64,000 bases of DNA from Octopus vulgaris (taxonomy: Eukaryota). The stretch spans positions 3,286,001-3,350,000 of the forward strand of contig OX597818.1 in NCBI GenBank assembly GCA_951406725.2, in the 5' to 3' direction. Below are positions 39,543-54,953 of the stretch, piece after piece. Below the pieces are notes generated by a model, which searched no databases, was not told the origin of the DNA, and worked only from the letters and a program-made list of their open reading frames with translations. Every line of letters begins with the position of its first letter. Position 1 is the stretch's first letter. A program made the translations under genes and the position numbers.

Positions 39543-39708
39543 AGGTGCAGGAGTGGCTGTGTGGTAAGAAGCTTGCTTCCCAACCATATGACTCCAGGTT
39601 CAGTCCTAATGTGTGGCACCTTGGGCAAGTGCCTTCCACTATAGTCTTGGGCCAACCAAAGCCTTGTGAGTGGATATGATAGATGGAAACTGATAGAAGC
39701 TTGTCGTA
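39543..39708 (+). mobile_element. SINE family A 5' part
   Basis: aggtgcaggagtggctgtgtggtaag head, truncated where the RTE tail begins. Confidence 0.8.
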
Positions 39709-39709
39709 T

Positions 39710-42700
39710 ATCATCATCATCATCATCCTCATCATCGTTTAACGTCCGCTTTCCATGCTAGCATAGGTTGGATGATTTGACTGAGGACTGGCGAACCAGA
39801 TGACTGCACCAGGCTCCAATCTGATCAGGCAGAGTTTCTACAGCTGGATGCCCTTCCTAACGCCAACCACTCTGTGAGTGTAGTGGGTGCTTTTACGTGC
39901 CACCGGCGGTACTGGCAATGGCCACTCAGGCGGTACTGGCCACTCAGGCGGTACTGGCAATGGCCACGCTCAAATGGTGTTTTTTTACGTGCCACCTGCA
40001 CAGGAGCCAGTCTAGTGTCACTGGCAATGACCTTGCTTGAATAATTTTTCACGCGCCACCAGCATGAGGGCCAGTAAGGTGACACTGGTAACGATCACGC
40101 TCAAATGGTGCTTTTTACGTGCCACCTTCACGGAAGCCTCAACAGGTCTTTGCAAGCAGAGTTTAGTGTCCAATGAAGGAAAGGTACGCATTAGTGGGCT
40201 GGTTACACCCCTGGCATAGGCCACAAGGTTATGGTCTCACTTGGCTTACCGGGTTTTGTCAAGCACACCATATTTCCAAAGGTCTCGGCCACTAGTCATT
40301 TCGTTGGTGAGGCCTAATTTTCGAAGGTCAGGCTTCACCACTTCATCCCAGTTTTCCTGGGTCTACCTCTCCCATAGGTTCCCTCAACTGCTAGGGTGTG
40401 GCACTTTTTACACACCTATCCTCATCCATTCTCACCACATGACCATACCAGCACAGTCGTCTCTCTTGCACACCACATCTAATGTTTCTTAGCTCCAACT
40501 TTTATCTCAAGGTACTTACACTCTGTCGAGTATGCACACTGACATTACACATCCATCGGATCATACTGCCTTCATTCCTTGTGAGCTTACACATGTCCTC
40601 AGCAGTCATGGCCCATGTTTCACTGCCATGTAGCATAGCTGTTCATACACATGCATCATACAGTCTACCTTTTAATCTGAGTGAGAGGCCCTTTGTCACC
40701 AGCAAAGGTTAGAGCTCTCTGAACTTTGCCCTGGCTATTCTCATTCTAGCAGCTACACTTTCAGCGCACCCTCCTCCGCTACTGACTTGGTCACCTAGGT
40801 AACAGAAACTATCAACTACTTCTAGTTTTCCTCCCTGGAATGTGGCGGTTGTTCTCTGCACATTTTCAGAATCTATTGCTCCTGAGCATCTGCCACATAC
40901 AAAAACTATCTTCCTAGTTAGCCTTCCTTTGACATTGCTGCACCTCTTATGTGTCCATAGCTTGCACTGGGTACATCTTATAGAGTTTCTATCTATGCCT
41001 TTTCTACAGATTGAGCAGGGCCATCTACTTAAAGGGATTTGTGGTTTGCCTGCCTTCCTACTTATAAGGACTTTGGTTTTAGCTTGGTTGACTCTAAGGC
41101 CCTTCGATTCTAGTCCTTGTTTCCACATCTGAAGCTTCTCCTCTAGTTCTGATAATGACTCAGCAATTAGAGCAAGGTCATCAGCATAGAGGAGCTCTCA
41201 GGGGCATTCTGTCTTGAATTGATAAATAGGAGGGGGCTGTGGACTGAACTTTGGTGGACCCCTACCTCTACACGGAATTCTTCACTGTACTCGTTGCCCA
41301 CCCTCACCTTACTGACAGCGTCCCTGTACATGGCTTGCACAGCTCTCACTAACCATTCATCTATCCCTAGTTTCCTCATTGGCCACCTGATAAGGGATTG
41401 GGGGACCCTGTCAAAGGCTTTCTCCATGTCAACGAAAGCCAGGTACAGAGGTTTATCTTTGGCTAGGTATTTCTCCGGCAGCTGTCTTACCAGAAATATA
41501 GCATCAGTGGTGCTGTTCCCTGGCACGAAACCAAACTGCATCTCATCTAAACTGACTTTCTCCTTAATTAGTTGGGCTATGGCCCTCTCCGTAATCTTAA
41601 TTACCTGATCCAACAACTTGATACCTCTGTAATTATTTGTATCTGAAGCATCACCTTTACCTTTGTAGCAGTTGACTATAGTGCTGCTACACCAGTCATT
41701 AGGCATTAGTCCTTCGTGTATCACCTGGTTAACTATACAGGTGACTAGGCTATAGCCAACACTACCAGATATTTTGAGCATCTCTGCAGTGATTCCTGAT
41801 GGGCTGGGGCTTTCCCTGTCTTCATACTCTAATTTTTTTATCTACCAAGGTACTGTCAACTCGGATAACTGGTCACTCTGTTGGGTCGGCATTTGGCAGA
41901 CTCTCTTTCTCTCATTCATTCATTTTATTTAAGACCCTTTCGTAGCGACGTCTCCAAACCTCTCTCTTTGCAGCTTCATTTAGTGCAACATCACGATTCT
42001 CTCTCACACACTGTCTTGCAACACAAAATACCTCAAGTCTTTGGTTCTCACGGTGCAGAACATTGGCAAATTTGTTCTTATCTGCTTCCCCTCTGGCTAA
42101 ATAAACCTGTCTCCTAGCTTCCCTACTGGCAGCCTGATACAATTCACTGCTACCACCATTTCTCCAGTCCTTCCAAGCCTGTTTCTTTTCTCTAATAGCC
42201 CTGTCACAACATTGTTCCACCACCACGTTATTTTGGGTTGAGAGGGGACTTTGCATCATCCACAGATCTGGTCAGTGGCCCTCAGCAGGTTGCCCCGTAG
42301 AAACCTCCAGTTGTCTTCTACATCATGTGAAGCTATATCCCCTTCTATTTCATCAAAGGCTTCGAGTAATATGAACGGTAGGCGACTAGGTGACTAGCAG
42401 GTTTCCTGAAGTTAGTATTGCAAACCATAAGATCATTTGCATTGCAGAACTCCAGCAGTCTGGTTAACCTCATTATTGCGGGAACCAAAACCGTAGCCTC
42501 CATTCGTCAACGAGGTAGTCTGCAAGAGGGTGTCATAGAATCAGTCTTTCTGTCCATCGGGTAGCCCCAGCTGAGGGGCATAGGCCGAGATAATAGTTGC
42601 TAACCCATGATGAAGCACTAATCTAATCTTAAGTATTCTACTACGCATACTCTGATTACCTCGATTACCTTATCCACCCATTTCTCCACAAGAAGTATAC

Positions 42701-42821
42701 CTATGCCCCCCTGACCCCGTCAATGTTTCCTGCCCAGAAAATTTTGTACCTGTGTACTTTGCCTGTGAGGAACCTAGCGGAACTTCCTCTCCACCTTACT
42801 TCCTGGCTGCAGCACTTATCG

Positions 42822-42822
<1 letters not shown>
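39710..42822 (-). mobile_element. RTE-clade LINE family B, long decayed copy with PHD-like finger in the RT C-terminal region
   Basis: (CAT)n tail; NYRGIKLL, QFGFVPG, FVDMEKAFDRV; C4HC3 motif at 40886-41017; QEVRWRG endonuclease remnant at ~42790. Confidence 0.9.
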
Positions 42823-42899
<77 letters not shown>

Positions 42900-42920
42900 A
42901 TATATATATATAGATATATA

Positions 42921-43279
42921 CTAGCAGTATCGTCCGGCATTGCTCGGGTTTGTTTCGACCCGCTGGAATTGTAATTTTGGAAAGTAAAAATTTTGTGAAC
43001 ATTTTTCTGGTCGAAATATACCGAAAAGTGGCGACACAGCAGTGAAAAAATCGTAAAAAAATAGGGATTTTCAGAGAAAAAAGCAGCTTTTTGATGTAAA
43101 TAATTTTTGGTGTTAACATGGTCCGATTTGAATTTTATGTTCTACGGAAGGAAGAGCAACCCTTCTTCTATCATACTCTCAATTTTGGTCAACTTGCGCC
43201 ACAGGGTCTCGGAGGAGATAGTGTTAGTTGAAGGTTACCAAACGTGGCACACACAGACAACTTCAGCTTTATATAGAGA
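42921..43279 (-). mobile_element. Non-autonomous Helitron (both ends)
   Basis: 5' TCtctatataaa at 43279; 3' hairpin cccgagcaatgccgga followed by CTAG at 42924-42921; A/T target. Confidence 0.78.
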
Positions 43280-44211
43280 TAACACACACACATTAATACA
43301 CATACATAGACACACACATGTATGTATGGATGTATATATGTACATCTGTCCACTTCTTGCAATATTTTTATCCTTCACTTCCTACACACACACACACACA
43401 CCTTATTAGCTTACAATTTCTTTCTGTCAACAATTGACAACAGAAGTACGCTCGCCAATTAATACTACCAAAATTTAACGACAGAAGGTAAATTAAAAAC
43501 CAATTTACCTTTTCTGTATTGTTATGGCAATCCGACCGTCGGTGTGTTTTTGCAAATGTGTTCAAATGAGAAGTGAGTTGTGTTTGGTGCCTTTTTTACT
43601 AATAACAAACACACACGTGTGTGTGTGTTTGAGTGTTTGTATGTAGTTGTTTGAAACATTTGTGTTTGTCACTGTCATATATGTATGTGTATGCGTGTGT
43701 GTGAGGAATGGCAAACCAGATAGATAGCGCGCGAAGTTCTTTTGAAGTTCGCGTGTCACACACACACACACACACACGCACCCTCACACCCACACACATG
43801 CACACACACACCACACTCACACACACGCACACACACACACACACACACGTTAGCTTACAATTTTATTTATATATTTGCGTGTCTATGTGTGTAAAGAGGA
43901 AGTGGGAATGCAGAGTGAAAGAGTGAAATGGTAAAATATTTAGTTTTCTCGAATTTTTTCTGAAATGAGGGTGAAATTGAAAGAAATTTTGTATGCCATG
44001 ACCGAATGGAAGTACTTTGAAAAATCATAGGTAAACTCTAATTGAAGAAATTGTGTGAGGAGTAAATCGTTATGTATTTATTTGTTTCTGTTTGCTGTGT
44101 TGTTTTTTTTTGAGTAGTGGTTTAAGGTACACTTGCAAAGAGAAAGTGGGAGAAATTAGGGTGATAGCATCAGTGAAGCAGTTCGCTCCGTTTGTGTGTG
44201 TGTGCGTGTGT

Positions 44212-45036
<825 letters not shown>

Positions 45037-45039
45037 AAT

Positions 45040-45455
45040 TGTCAAACGTTTAAACCAAATTTTCTCAAAACAACTTGTCCGACATCCCATAGGCTGCCCC
45101 TTTGAGATTTTTGATGAAAACCAACAACCTAGGTAACTAAGAAACCAAATAGTCTTTCCTTCATGCCAAGTTTGAAGAAAATATCTCTTTTGCATTTTAC
45201 TTTTTTGGTCTCTTAAATATTTTTTTCTCGTGTACGTGTAGTATCGAACGCAACAGCTGATGTACAAATGCACGTTCCCACGGCTTTATCAATCACATTC
45301 TCACCTGGAATCGATTTTTGTAATTTTTTCAAGACTTATACACGCTCTGATACCGTCACTATCTACATATCAAATTTGAGTGTAATCGGATGGAGGATAC
45401 CTGAGATCCTAGAAGACACACACCCAGACAGACAGAACAGATTTTATATAATAGA
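45040..45455 (-). mobile_element. Helitron-like 5' fragment (another on + at ~53630-53930)
   Basis: TCtattatataaaatctgttctgtctgtct terminus. Confidence 0.55.
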
Positions 45456-46559
45456 TGTATGTATGTATGTATGTATTTGTGTGTTTGTTTTTGTCCCCCC
45501 GCCGTCGCTTGACAACCAATGTTGGTGTGTTTAAATTTCCATAACTTAGTGGTTGAGCAAAAGAGAATGATAGAATAAGCTCTGGGGTCAATTTGTTTGA
45601 CTTAAGGCTGTGATCCAGTATGGCTGCAGTCAAATGACTAAAACAAATAAAAGAATAAAAGAATAATACTTCCAAAATGGGACTTAATCCAATTATATCC
45701 GCATGTATATATGTGCAAGTGTGTGAATGGGGAGGGGGGGTTCACAAGATAAACATTTACAGAAATGAACTTGCACAATGAATTTCTTTTTAATTGTGAT
45801 AATGAAACAAGGGATTTAGTCCTTACTGCCAAAATTAATTTCCCTTGCATTTTCTCTCTTTTTCCATTTATAATTAAAAGAAAGAATATGTTATAAAATG
45901 TTTTTAATGCGCACCCCCCCCCCCCACACACACACATACACCTCGGGTCTGGGTCTTTCTACTAAAATCTTTTTTTACACTAGGTGCACAGCTAAGGGAT
46001 AAGCTCAGGGTATGTCTATTAAATATTTTGTCAGATCTATTGGTATGGGAGAAGTGTCTATATATACATTTTACATTCTAATCTGCAATAAGCTGGTGTC
46101 TACTGAAAGAAGTTGGTAGCTGTTGAAAGAACCTTCTGTAAACTTAAAAGTATAATGGATGTTCCATTTCTAAAATAAATACATATAATAACAATATATT
46201 ATTTGGAAACAAAGCTGTAAATATGAAACAGATAGAAACAATGTAGAATATATACATGTGTAAGAAATCATTTCTTGGATTCTAGATTTTTCTACGAGAT
46301 CCTTTACATTGTTCTCAACATTAGCATGAGGAAATTTATGAGGTCACCAATCACACTTATTTTGGTTCCAGTGTTTGAGTTAACAATCTTAGGTCAAAAG
46401 CAGATTAACATACATAAAATAATTTACTTTCCTTTGTTCTCTGACATACATTCAGCTTTTCAATAAATATGAACCCTCACCAAATATTAGGGGACAGTCT
46501 TTTTGCTTCCACGCTTACACACAGCACACCATTCACTCTCTAGCAAGCAGCTCTTCCTA

Positions 46560-49500
46560 AGTGACGCACAGGGTGCATGAGCTTTATCATTGTTATTCTC
46601 CCTTTACTACTGTTAAACAGTCAACTACTACAGACCTTTTGTATATCTTTCATATAGGTGGAGTTCACAAGAAAATAAAAATTGTAAGCAATATCTTTCT
46701 TCTTCATGTTGATTATTATGGTGCATATTACACTGACTCATGGAGATTGAACAATCTAATAAGTATCATAACCTATTACATTTGGTGGCTTGCTGACATT
46801 TTTAAGCTGTTTCATTTCTGTGAAGAAACAACTGCAGCCTTCAACTACTGAACACAAAAATTGAACTATTCGGAATTCTTGATCAAACTTTTTACCATCT
46901 ATGTCCCAAACAAATCATGTTGTATCAGCACACTCTTCATTGGTAGATATAGCAGTTGCACAAGCAGCTATTTCTTTGAAAGTGCCACCATTCTGGTCTC
47001 ATGACTCTGCACTCTGGTTTGCTCACATCAAAGTTCAATTTGCTTCAAGCCAGATAGTTAACGAGTCATACATAAATAATCAGATCACTTCCATTAGATG
47101 TCATAATGGAGGTGAGGGACTTGATAATAACCTCGCCCAATTCTGTGTCTTAGGGAATTGATTAAATGGGATCCGTCTCACAGCAAAAATGGTTCCAATC
47201 AACCATTCCTTGGATATCAACTGATATCGAAGGAATTGGGTGATAAAGAAACCATCTTGTGATGGATGAAGCAGCTTCTTGGTGAGCATACACTTCTTTA
47301 AGCAACACTTTATTAAGTGTCTGCTCTCCAATACACAGGTTATCCTCACATCCACCAAAGAGTCAGCATATGTTGAAGAACTAGCTGGTGACACAGGCAG
47401 TATCTTCTACCAATCCTTTTGCTGTGTCCTCCACACACTATTGACACAAGCCATACAAATTCAGGCACTTTCAGCACAGATATAGGCCCTAATGTTTTGC
47501 AGCCCACCTCATCAAGGCAAAAACCAGTTCAGGAAATGAGGAAGCCGGGGTTTAAGGGTGGCGAATATTTGTGTTTCTCGTAATACAAGTCACCTTTTCA
47601 TTGAGAATGACCACTCTAGAGGTACTGCCTCCTGATCATTTGGAGGTTGCTAAACAGGAATTTCAGCACATGTTAGACCTCAGAATCATTCACCCATCTG
47701 ACAGCAACTGGTCACCTCCACTACATTTAGTACCAAAGAAAGTGATAAAGCGATAACTATTGATCAACCAACAACTACACAGTATCCGATACTTACCCCA
47801 TACCTCACTTTCACAATTTTTCTTGCTCACTTCATGAAGTGTGCATATTCTCTAAAATTGATGTTGTGTGTCCTTATAATCAGATCCCAGTTGAAGCTAC
47901 TGATATTCCGAAAACAGCCATTACCACACCTTTTGAATTGTTCAAGTTTTTGCGAATGCCTGTCGGCCTGCATAATGCCACGCAGACATTTCAGTGCTTT
48001 ATCGATACCGTGACATGTGGTCTGCCTTTTATCTATGCTTATATAGATTATTTGTGGTGAGTAATTCCAAAGAGAAACATGAAAAACATTAGATCTGCTT
48101 TTTCAACGATTGGCAGAATATGACATCCTGATTAACACTAGTAAGTGTGTGTTTCAGAGATTTATTTCTATCCTTCCTCAGTCACATTGTGGATAAAGAT
48201 GGAATTTGTCCTCTTCCCAATAAAGTGGAGGCCATAGTAAATTTTCCTACACCTGCATCTATTCAGACACTGTGTGAGTTTCTCTGATCAATAAATCTTC
48301 ATTGGCTAGTCATCTCTCACTGTGCACCAGCAGCTGAACTACTCACAGATCACTTTTCAATGCAGAACAAAGAAAAACCACACTATAGCCTTAAATGAAA
48401 AAGTGTTAGGCTTTTATCTTTAATTAAAGGATGTTGGCTAAGACTAAGAAGCTAGTATGTCCCAAACCTGGTTTTCCCTTTGTTTGCTGATAAATGCATT
48501 TCATGTTGGAGGTGTACGACTGTAATTGGTTGACATGTTTGGCAACTCTTATCCTTCTTTTCAAAGTGGCTACAACCCGTTGAATCTAAATGCTGTACTT
48601 TCGGGCCTGAATTATTGGCTGTGTATCTGTCTGTCAAAATTTTCATCATAGGCTAGAAGGATCTATTCTCACTATCTATACAGATTACACACTACCTGTA
48701 CACACTTTTAGCACGAAGCCTGATCACCACTCACCTAAAGAAGTTCACTACTTCGACTTTATATGACAGTATACTATGGACACGGACACTCATCACATCA
48801 AAGGTTCAGCCAACAGAGCAACTAGTGCACTTTCACACATACAACTTAATGCAGTACACCCACTGACTGCTAGTGATCTTCAGCAAATCACAGCTAACCA
48901 GGAGAATGACAAAGAGCTTATAAAGTTTTGGAATTTATCAACCTGAAATTCTAGCTAGTTCCCTTACCTTCTTCCACCCATCATATTTGGTGCAACACCT
49001 CCACCAGTCACCAACGCCCTTATGTACCAGAGAAACATTGACAGTAGATTTTCTCCACTTTACACTGTCTATCACATCCAGGTATCCATTCTATGCAGAA
49101 GTGGATATCAACCCGTTTTGTGTGGGCCAATATCAACAGGGACATTTGTACTTAAGCCAAGTGTTACGTTGTGTGCCAAAAGGTAAAATTCCCTGCCATA
49201 TTAAGTTCCCACTCGGTACTTTTGTGACACCCGGTGCATGTTTCCAGCATGTACACATCAACATTGTCGAACCTCTGCCTCTTTCTTAGAATTGTATGCA
49301 CCTATAATAGATCGCGAAGATTCATGATATCTGGAACTTGAAAGAAGAAGCTTATATGTGGATGCAATTCAATGGTTGTTTATTTAGTTCTCATTCATGA
49401 GGTTCACTCCCGGCAACCATCTGTATGGCAGCACGTGGTTTGTTAAAGCTCCGTTCACGTGAGGTACATTAACTCTGGAAATAACGGGTGAAGTTAGAGC

Positions 49501-50050
49501 TGGACAAGAATTTGCTGTGAGCTGCCAGTTTGTAGTGTTGCTCAGGGTGAGTGCGAACGCAAGAGAGAAAATCACTTTAAATAGATGTTGCCCACGAGAG
49601 CCTCGCTGTGGTCTTGCACATGGCAAATATGGTTGTAGGCAAGATCTTGCTCTTGTCTCGGACATGGTAATGGCTGCCAGTGAGATCTTGCACAAATTGG
49701 CGCTGGCTTCTTGTGTCATGCTACACATCTACTAACTTGCAAAAACTCTAGTTTTTCACTGGATATCGCATTTCAGTGCACCTGTGATGGTCATGAGCCT
49801 ACCATACTGTGACAAATAACATGGTCAAACGTTTTGACATGCAGCTAAAGTCTGCAGCCAAAGCATATCCTGACACCAATAACTGGTTGAAATACCTTCC
49901 ACTAATTCTTCTTGCTATTCACGCCAATGTTAAAGAAGAACTCAATACTTACTAGCAGAGTTAGTATATGGCATCACGCTGACCTTACCTCATCATATGG
50001 TCACTCCTGTTTCCTCACAGGATTTTCCAAACCCAGCAACTTATGTTCAT
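46560..50050 (+). mobile_element. Decayed Ty3/Gypsy element (gag-RT-RH-IN)
   Basis: PBS-like ttggtggc at ~46782, gag LKVPPFW..ALWF, SNWSPPLHLVPK, FSKIDV..YIDY, integrase HVHINIVEPLP. ~49817-49980 is duplicated at ~51250-51403. Confidence 0.85.
49303..49725 (-). mobile_element. Solo LTR nested in Gypsy integrase
   Basis: TGTAGC start at 49725 on the minus strand, internal TATTTAAA and AATAAA, imperfect 4-bp TSD cacc/catc. Host frame NCMH|LLTC rejoins across it. Confidence 0.68.
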
Positions 50051-51419
50051 CATTTATGTTGTTCAAAAATTTTTTATTGATTATGATCTTATGGGGTTAT
50101 CTACATTACTTATTGTTTTTAGATCTTAAACACTCAGAAGGAGTTTATGCTTACTAACTGCTTTGATAATATCAGTTGATAGAGGTTTCTTGTAGTAAAT
50201 ATTATGTGATCTTCTGCCACATTTATATGAAGTATTCAAAATGTTTTCAGGGATAGAGTGTGAAATCGGGTTCTCTGGTGCCTACATAAAAATATTAGTT
50301 AACACAAAATAAAAAATCTCACTGAATGTGGACAGGCTGTTTGTGTAGATATATTTATAAGATTACTCAGTTACACACACACACACACACACTGTACCTC
50401 CTATACAGAATAGTTGTTCATTGCAAACTCTGCAATAACATCCCTGATACTGATCAGATCGATAATCATTCCAATACTGAAAGTTTCAGAAGCCACCAAA
50501 TGCATGTCATTGCATCATTGCTCTTATCTATCACATAAACAATATCTTTCTGAGGATCTTGCTACAGACGACAAAGAAGATCATGGAGGAACAGTTTATA
50601 GAAATACAAATGGGATTTTGAAAGAAAATAGGAGCAAGAGACTGAGTATTCAACTTAAAGAAAAAGTGTGAGGATTCAATGTCTCTCTGTACACAGTCTT
50701 TATAGAGTACAAAACGACTTTCGACTCAATATAGCATACAACCCTTTATTTTATCCTGAAAGAGATTGAACGTGAATGGTAAAATTGTAATTCTGTTTAA
50801 TTAATCTCCACAGGAACTAACATGCAATTGTGTGAGTAGAGAAGGAACAGAGAATGGTTCTTATCAAGAAAGGTGTTTATCAAAAAGTAATATGACATGG
50901 TGCAGAAAGTTATTAAACACCTTGTAAATCAATATGCAAAGGTTGTCAGAAAATACATTCAAATAACCATGATAAATTCAAATGGTACAAACATTTGTTT
51001 CATTCAAGAATATCATAATGAAGAAAGTCAACTGTGTGCAGAAAGAATCAGAAGGCAATAATTTCTTGTTATGTTCTAATAAAACAATTTATTTTACAGA
51101 CATTTAGAATGCTGAACAATACTGTGAAATAGGAACTTTTACTGTGTACAAACAGTAAATTTTATACCTCAGTCTGACAAGAATATAGTGGAAGACATGA
51201 ATAGATTTGGTTTCACTTACTACATGAGTTCAATTGCCTTAAAGTTGAAGCATGGTCGAACGTTTTGACAAGCAGCTAAAGTCTGCAGCCAAAGCATATT
51301 CTGACACCAATAACTGGTTGGAATACCGTCCACTAATTCTTCTTGCTATTTGCGCCAACGTTAAAGAAGAACTTACTAGCAGAGTTAGTATAGGGCATCA
51401 CGCTATGTGTCTGACAAGA

Positions 51420-52600
51420 GCGCAAGGAGCATGAAATAGTATCTGACATACAAGGTGCTGGGCAAAGGACCTGAGCGGGCACAGACATGATGGAAACAAC
51501 TCAATATGAGCACGATATTATGGTGCAATGTGTATAGCTGGGTGCAGGCATGTTTATATGAACGTTGAAAAATTTTACAGACAAAAGACAATGTAAATGT
51601 TTGAAAAGGCAAGTACAAAAATGAGAAAATAGCAGGTACTCTGGGCCAGCTTATGTATATAGTGTTGCAAAGTCCTCTGGTCTATCAAAAACAACGTGTA
51701 TAGAGCAGTGAGTGTGCGAGAAGTCTATAACGCAATAACCAGCCTGATACCAGGGCTCGTGCCACAGAGTAAGAAATATCAATTACAGGCATGGTGTCAG
51801 GCTACCGAGTGAGAATAGAAGCGTATCCAAGACTAACAGGCCAGGGTCCAACAAGATCAAAGTGGATGTGACGGAAGCGGAGTAAGCAGGGCTTAAAAAA
51901 CAGCTCGTCAATGAGTCAGTGGGATGAAGAGACAAGGCGAATCTGTCAAGATGTCACAGGATCTGCAGAGGTTGGCACAGGCAAGTATGGAGTTTACACA
52001 TCACAAATTCAGGTGAAGAAATCTTGAGTGAGTCCAGAGGAGGTAAGAGGTTGCAAGTGTTGCTGATGAAAGGACTGTAATACAGCATGATTGCAGTGTC
52101 TGATGCATTAACCACAAGCGAAAGCTTTGCATCAGAGAAACAGAACACAAGGAGGGATGCTGTAGAGAGAGTGCTTTACAGCATCAAAAGCTTTGAGTTG
52201 AGTAGGAGTTAGCAAAATGGTGTCATTCGTCATGCACAGACTTTTTAGATGCTCAGTGAGTGGAGAAAGAAGTCCAGCGCAGTGAGGAGTGAATCAACGA
52301 TAGTAGGTAACTTGAGGCAGTGGCACAACTGATGAAAAGTTGGAGGACCAATGTCCTCAATAACACAAATGTTGATAGAAATCGGAAGCCATCTTCTTCA
52401 GTGGTGGTGAGTGGGAAAAATTTAAGCAACAGTAAGATGCAGCATGCACGTTCGGCATCTCTGCACAGGTACAAAACTCCACGAGGTCCCACAACAAAAG
52501 AAAACTTGAACAAGACGGGCAGCCATTTTGAAAAACTTTGAAGAAGTCGTATAAATGGTTTAGAAGAAAATGAACAAAACAATTATATGAAGGGCGCTGT
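51420..52600 (-). mobile_element. Highly decayed Gypsy pol, opposite orientation
   Basis: LSLVVNASDTAI RNase H motif (51954-52148); HxPGIR-like integrase remnant at ~51740-51765. Confidence 0.6.
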
Positions 52601-54028
52601 TGTAAGAAAAAATTGCTTCAAGTAAAGGCTGTAATTCTGTATTCCAAATTGCAGTATCTCTTGGGTAAAAGAAATTCATTGAAAAGTCAGCATTTATAAA
52701 CGTCTTGTTCTAGTTTGAGGCTATATGTAATGATGATATATCCAGGCAGGAACTTCTAACTAATGTCATGAAGCAATAAAATTCAAAACAGCAAAATGTA
52801 CACACACAAGGTTCAAGTGTTGCAAAATGTATATCATCTAGGGTCAAAATATACTTTCTGTAGCATAATTATGCTATAAATTTTTTTAGAGAATATTTCC
52901 AAAAGAAATATTCCAGTGTCGAATGGTCACCAATTTAGGGTGGTGCTGGATGGAAGAGTCAATGAGAAATGAAGAGCCATGGCCAGAGGCAGATATCGAT
53001 GAAGAGAAATGGTGCATGCATCCATGGTACCTGACCCTCAGCATTGATGATGAGACTGGACATAGGCATTGTACAATTTTTTTATTTTGAAATGATGAAG
53101 GTCTCCTGGTAAACCTCAGGACTTGTATCTTCTTTAATTGGTACTCTTTTCGACTATATTGTTTCTAACACTAACACACAGCTACAATAATAAGTTTGTT
53201 GGGTAGGTGTAGAGGGGATGCGTGACAGTCTTTGAAATCAAATACTTGACTGTTGGCTCATCTATAGCTGGAAGGATATCATGTAATATCAAGTGTCTGA
53301 ACATGTAATGTAACAAGGTTGTATATTGAAGAATTATTGCTCAACTATATTTCATAATAGTGGCTTATTTTATTGTGTGTTGTGCATGCATGCATGCGTG
53401 TGTGTATTTTAGTAGTTGTACACTATTGCGGTGTTTATATCCCTGTATTAAGTCAGTGCGTAACTCATCATGAGATAACAAGAGAGTCTCTATGCTAAAT
53501 CTCTTTCAATTCAAACCCTACAGTTGTAAAAAGGAAAGTACTACAGTATTACTGAAAACGAAACAGGTTTGTCATGACTTGAACACCTTTCATTCTAAGG
53601 TTGCTTATGCTATACTTATATTTATATCTATCTATATATATAAAACTGAGAATGTATGTGTGCATGTGTCTGTCTGTCTATGTCTGTATGTGGGCATCAC
53701 TAAAACTTGAGAACTACCTAACCAATTTCATTCAGATTTTACACTGGCTTTACTTAGGGTCTATGGAGTGTCATGGGTCAGAAAATTTTTCAACTTCTTG
53801 CCTAAAGCGAGCTCGGAGCAGTCTCTTATTTCTTACACTGCTTCAGTATCACGTGTCAAAAGTGAAACAATAACATCTCTATTGTAATGTGAGATAATAG
53901 TTTCACTATTATATGGTTTCAATTTCAGTTACTTTCACTGTGTATTTATATACATGTTTCTATATGTATGTATATATATATATATATATTTGTCCACACT
54001 ACCTGTCTTTATCTTTTGTGAATTCTCC

Positions 54029-54078
<50 letters not shown>

Positions 54079-54093
54079 TTATTATATAGAAGG

Positions 54094-54144
54094 AGCTTCT
54101 ACAGGACTAGAACTGTTTCATTCAAGAGAAATCATCAGGAAGCT
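54094..54144 (-). ncRNA. Type I hammerhead ribozyme, left arm
   Basis: Exact reverse complement of 61254-61304. Confidence 0.8.
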
Positions 54145-54421
54145 AGTTAACAAGAATTGTATTGGCATTTATACATTTAGGCAGGTTTAAAGGGGTGGTG
54201 GTGGGGGACTTTTTGGGGGTAGGCATAGCGCAAAAATATCATACTTGGGGGAGTGGTCAAGGAGTCAGTGGTAAATTAGATAAAAGAATAAATAAAAGAA
54301 TAAAAAAATATATAGAAGAATAGAGTTTTAGGTAAATAAGGAGATTCTCACTTATACATATACACATATGTATATATGTACACACATACACATATACATA
54401 CACACATACATATACACACAC

Positions 54422-54491
<70 letters not shown>

Positions 54492-54671
54492 ATACATATG
54501 CACACACACATACACACACACATGTATATATACACACACGCCCACATATACATATACACACAAAAATATATACATACACACACATACACATACACACATA
54601 CACACACATATCTACATACACACATGCACACATAAGTCCATATATACACATATATATATATATATATATAA

Positions 54672-54705
<34 letters not shown>

Positions 54706-54953
54706 ATATGTGTACCTATACATACCTACACATACACACATATACATACAAATACAAACCCATTCCCTAATTTTAATTTTATTATTATCTTCATTTATTA
54801 CTTTTGTTATCTTTGACCGCGGGTCACAAGCATCTTGGCTATCGTCCCCCTGGGAACGACAGCAAGTCCATTTATCTTTCTACTCGAACACAAGCACTCA
54901 CTCACGCACGCACACTCATTCGCACGCACACTCACTCATTCGTACACTCATAC

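Noticed and set aside
50400-51250. Possible very old LINE RT remnant (EYKTTFDS-like motif near 50705)
   Set aside because: Too decayed to assign family or boundaries by eye
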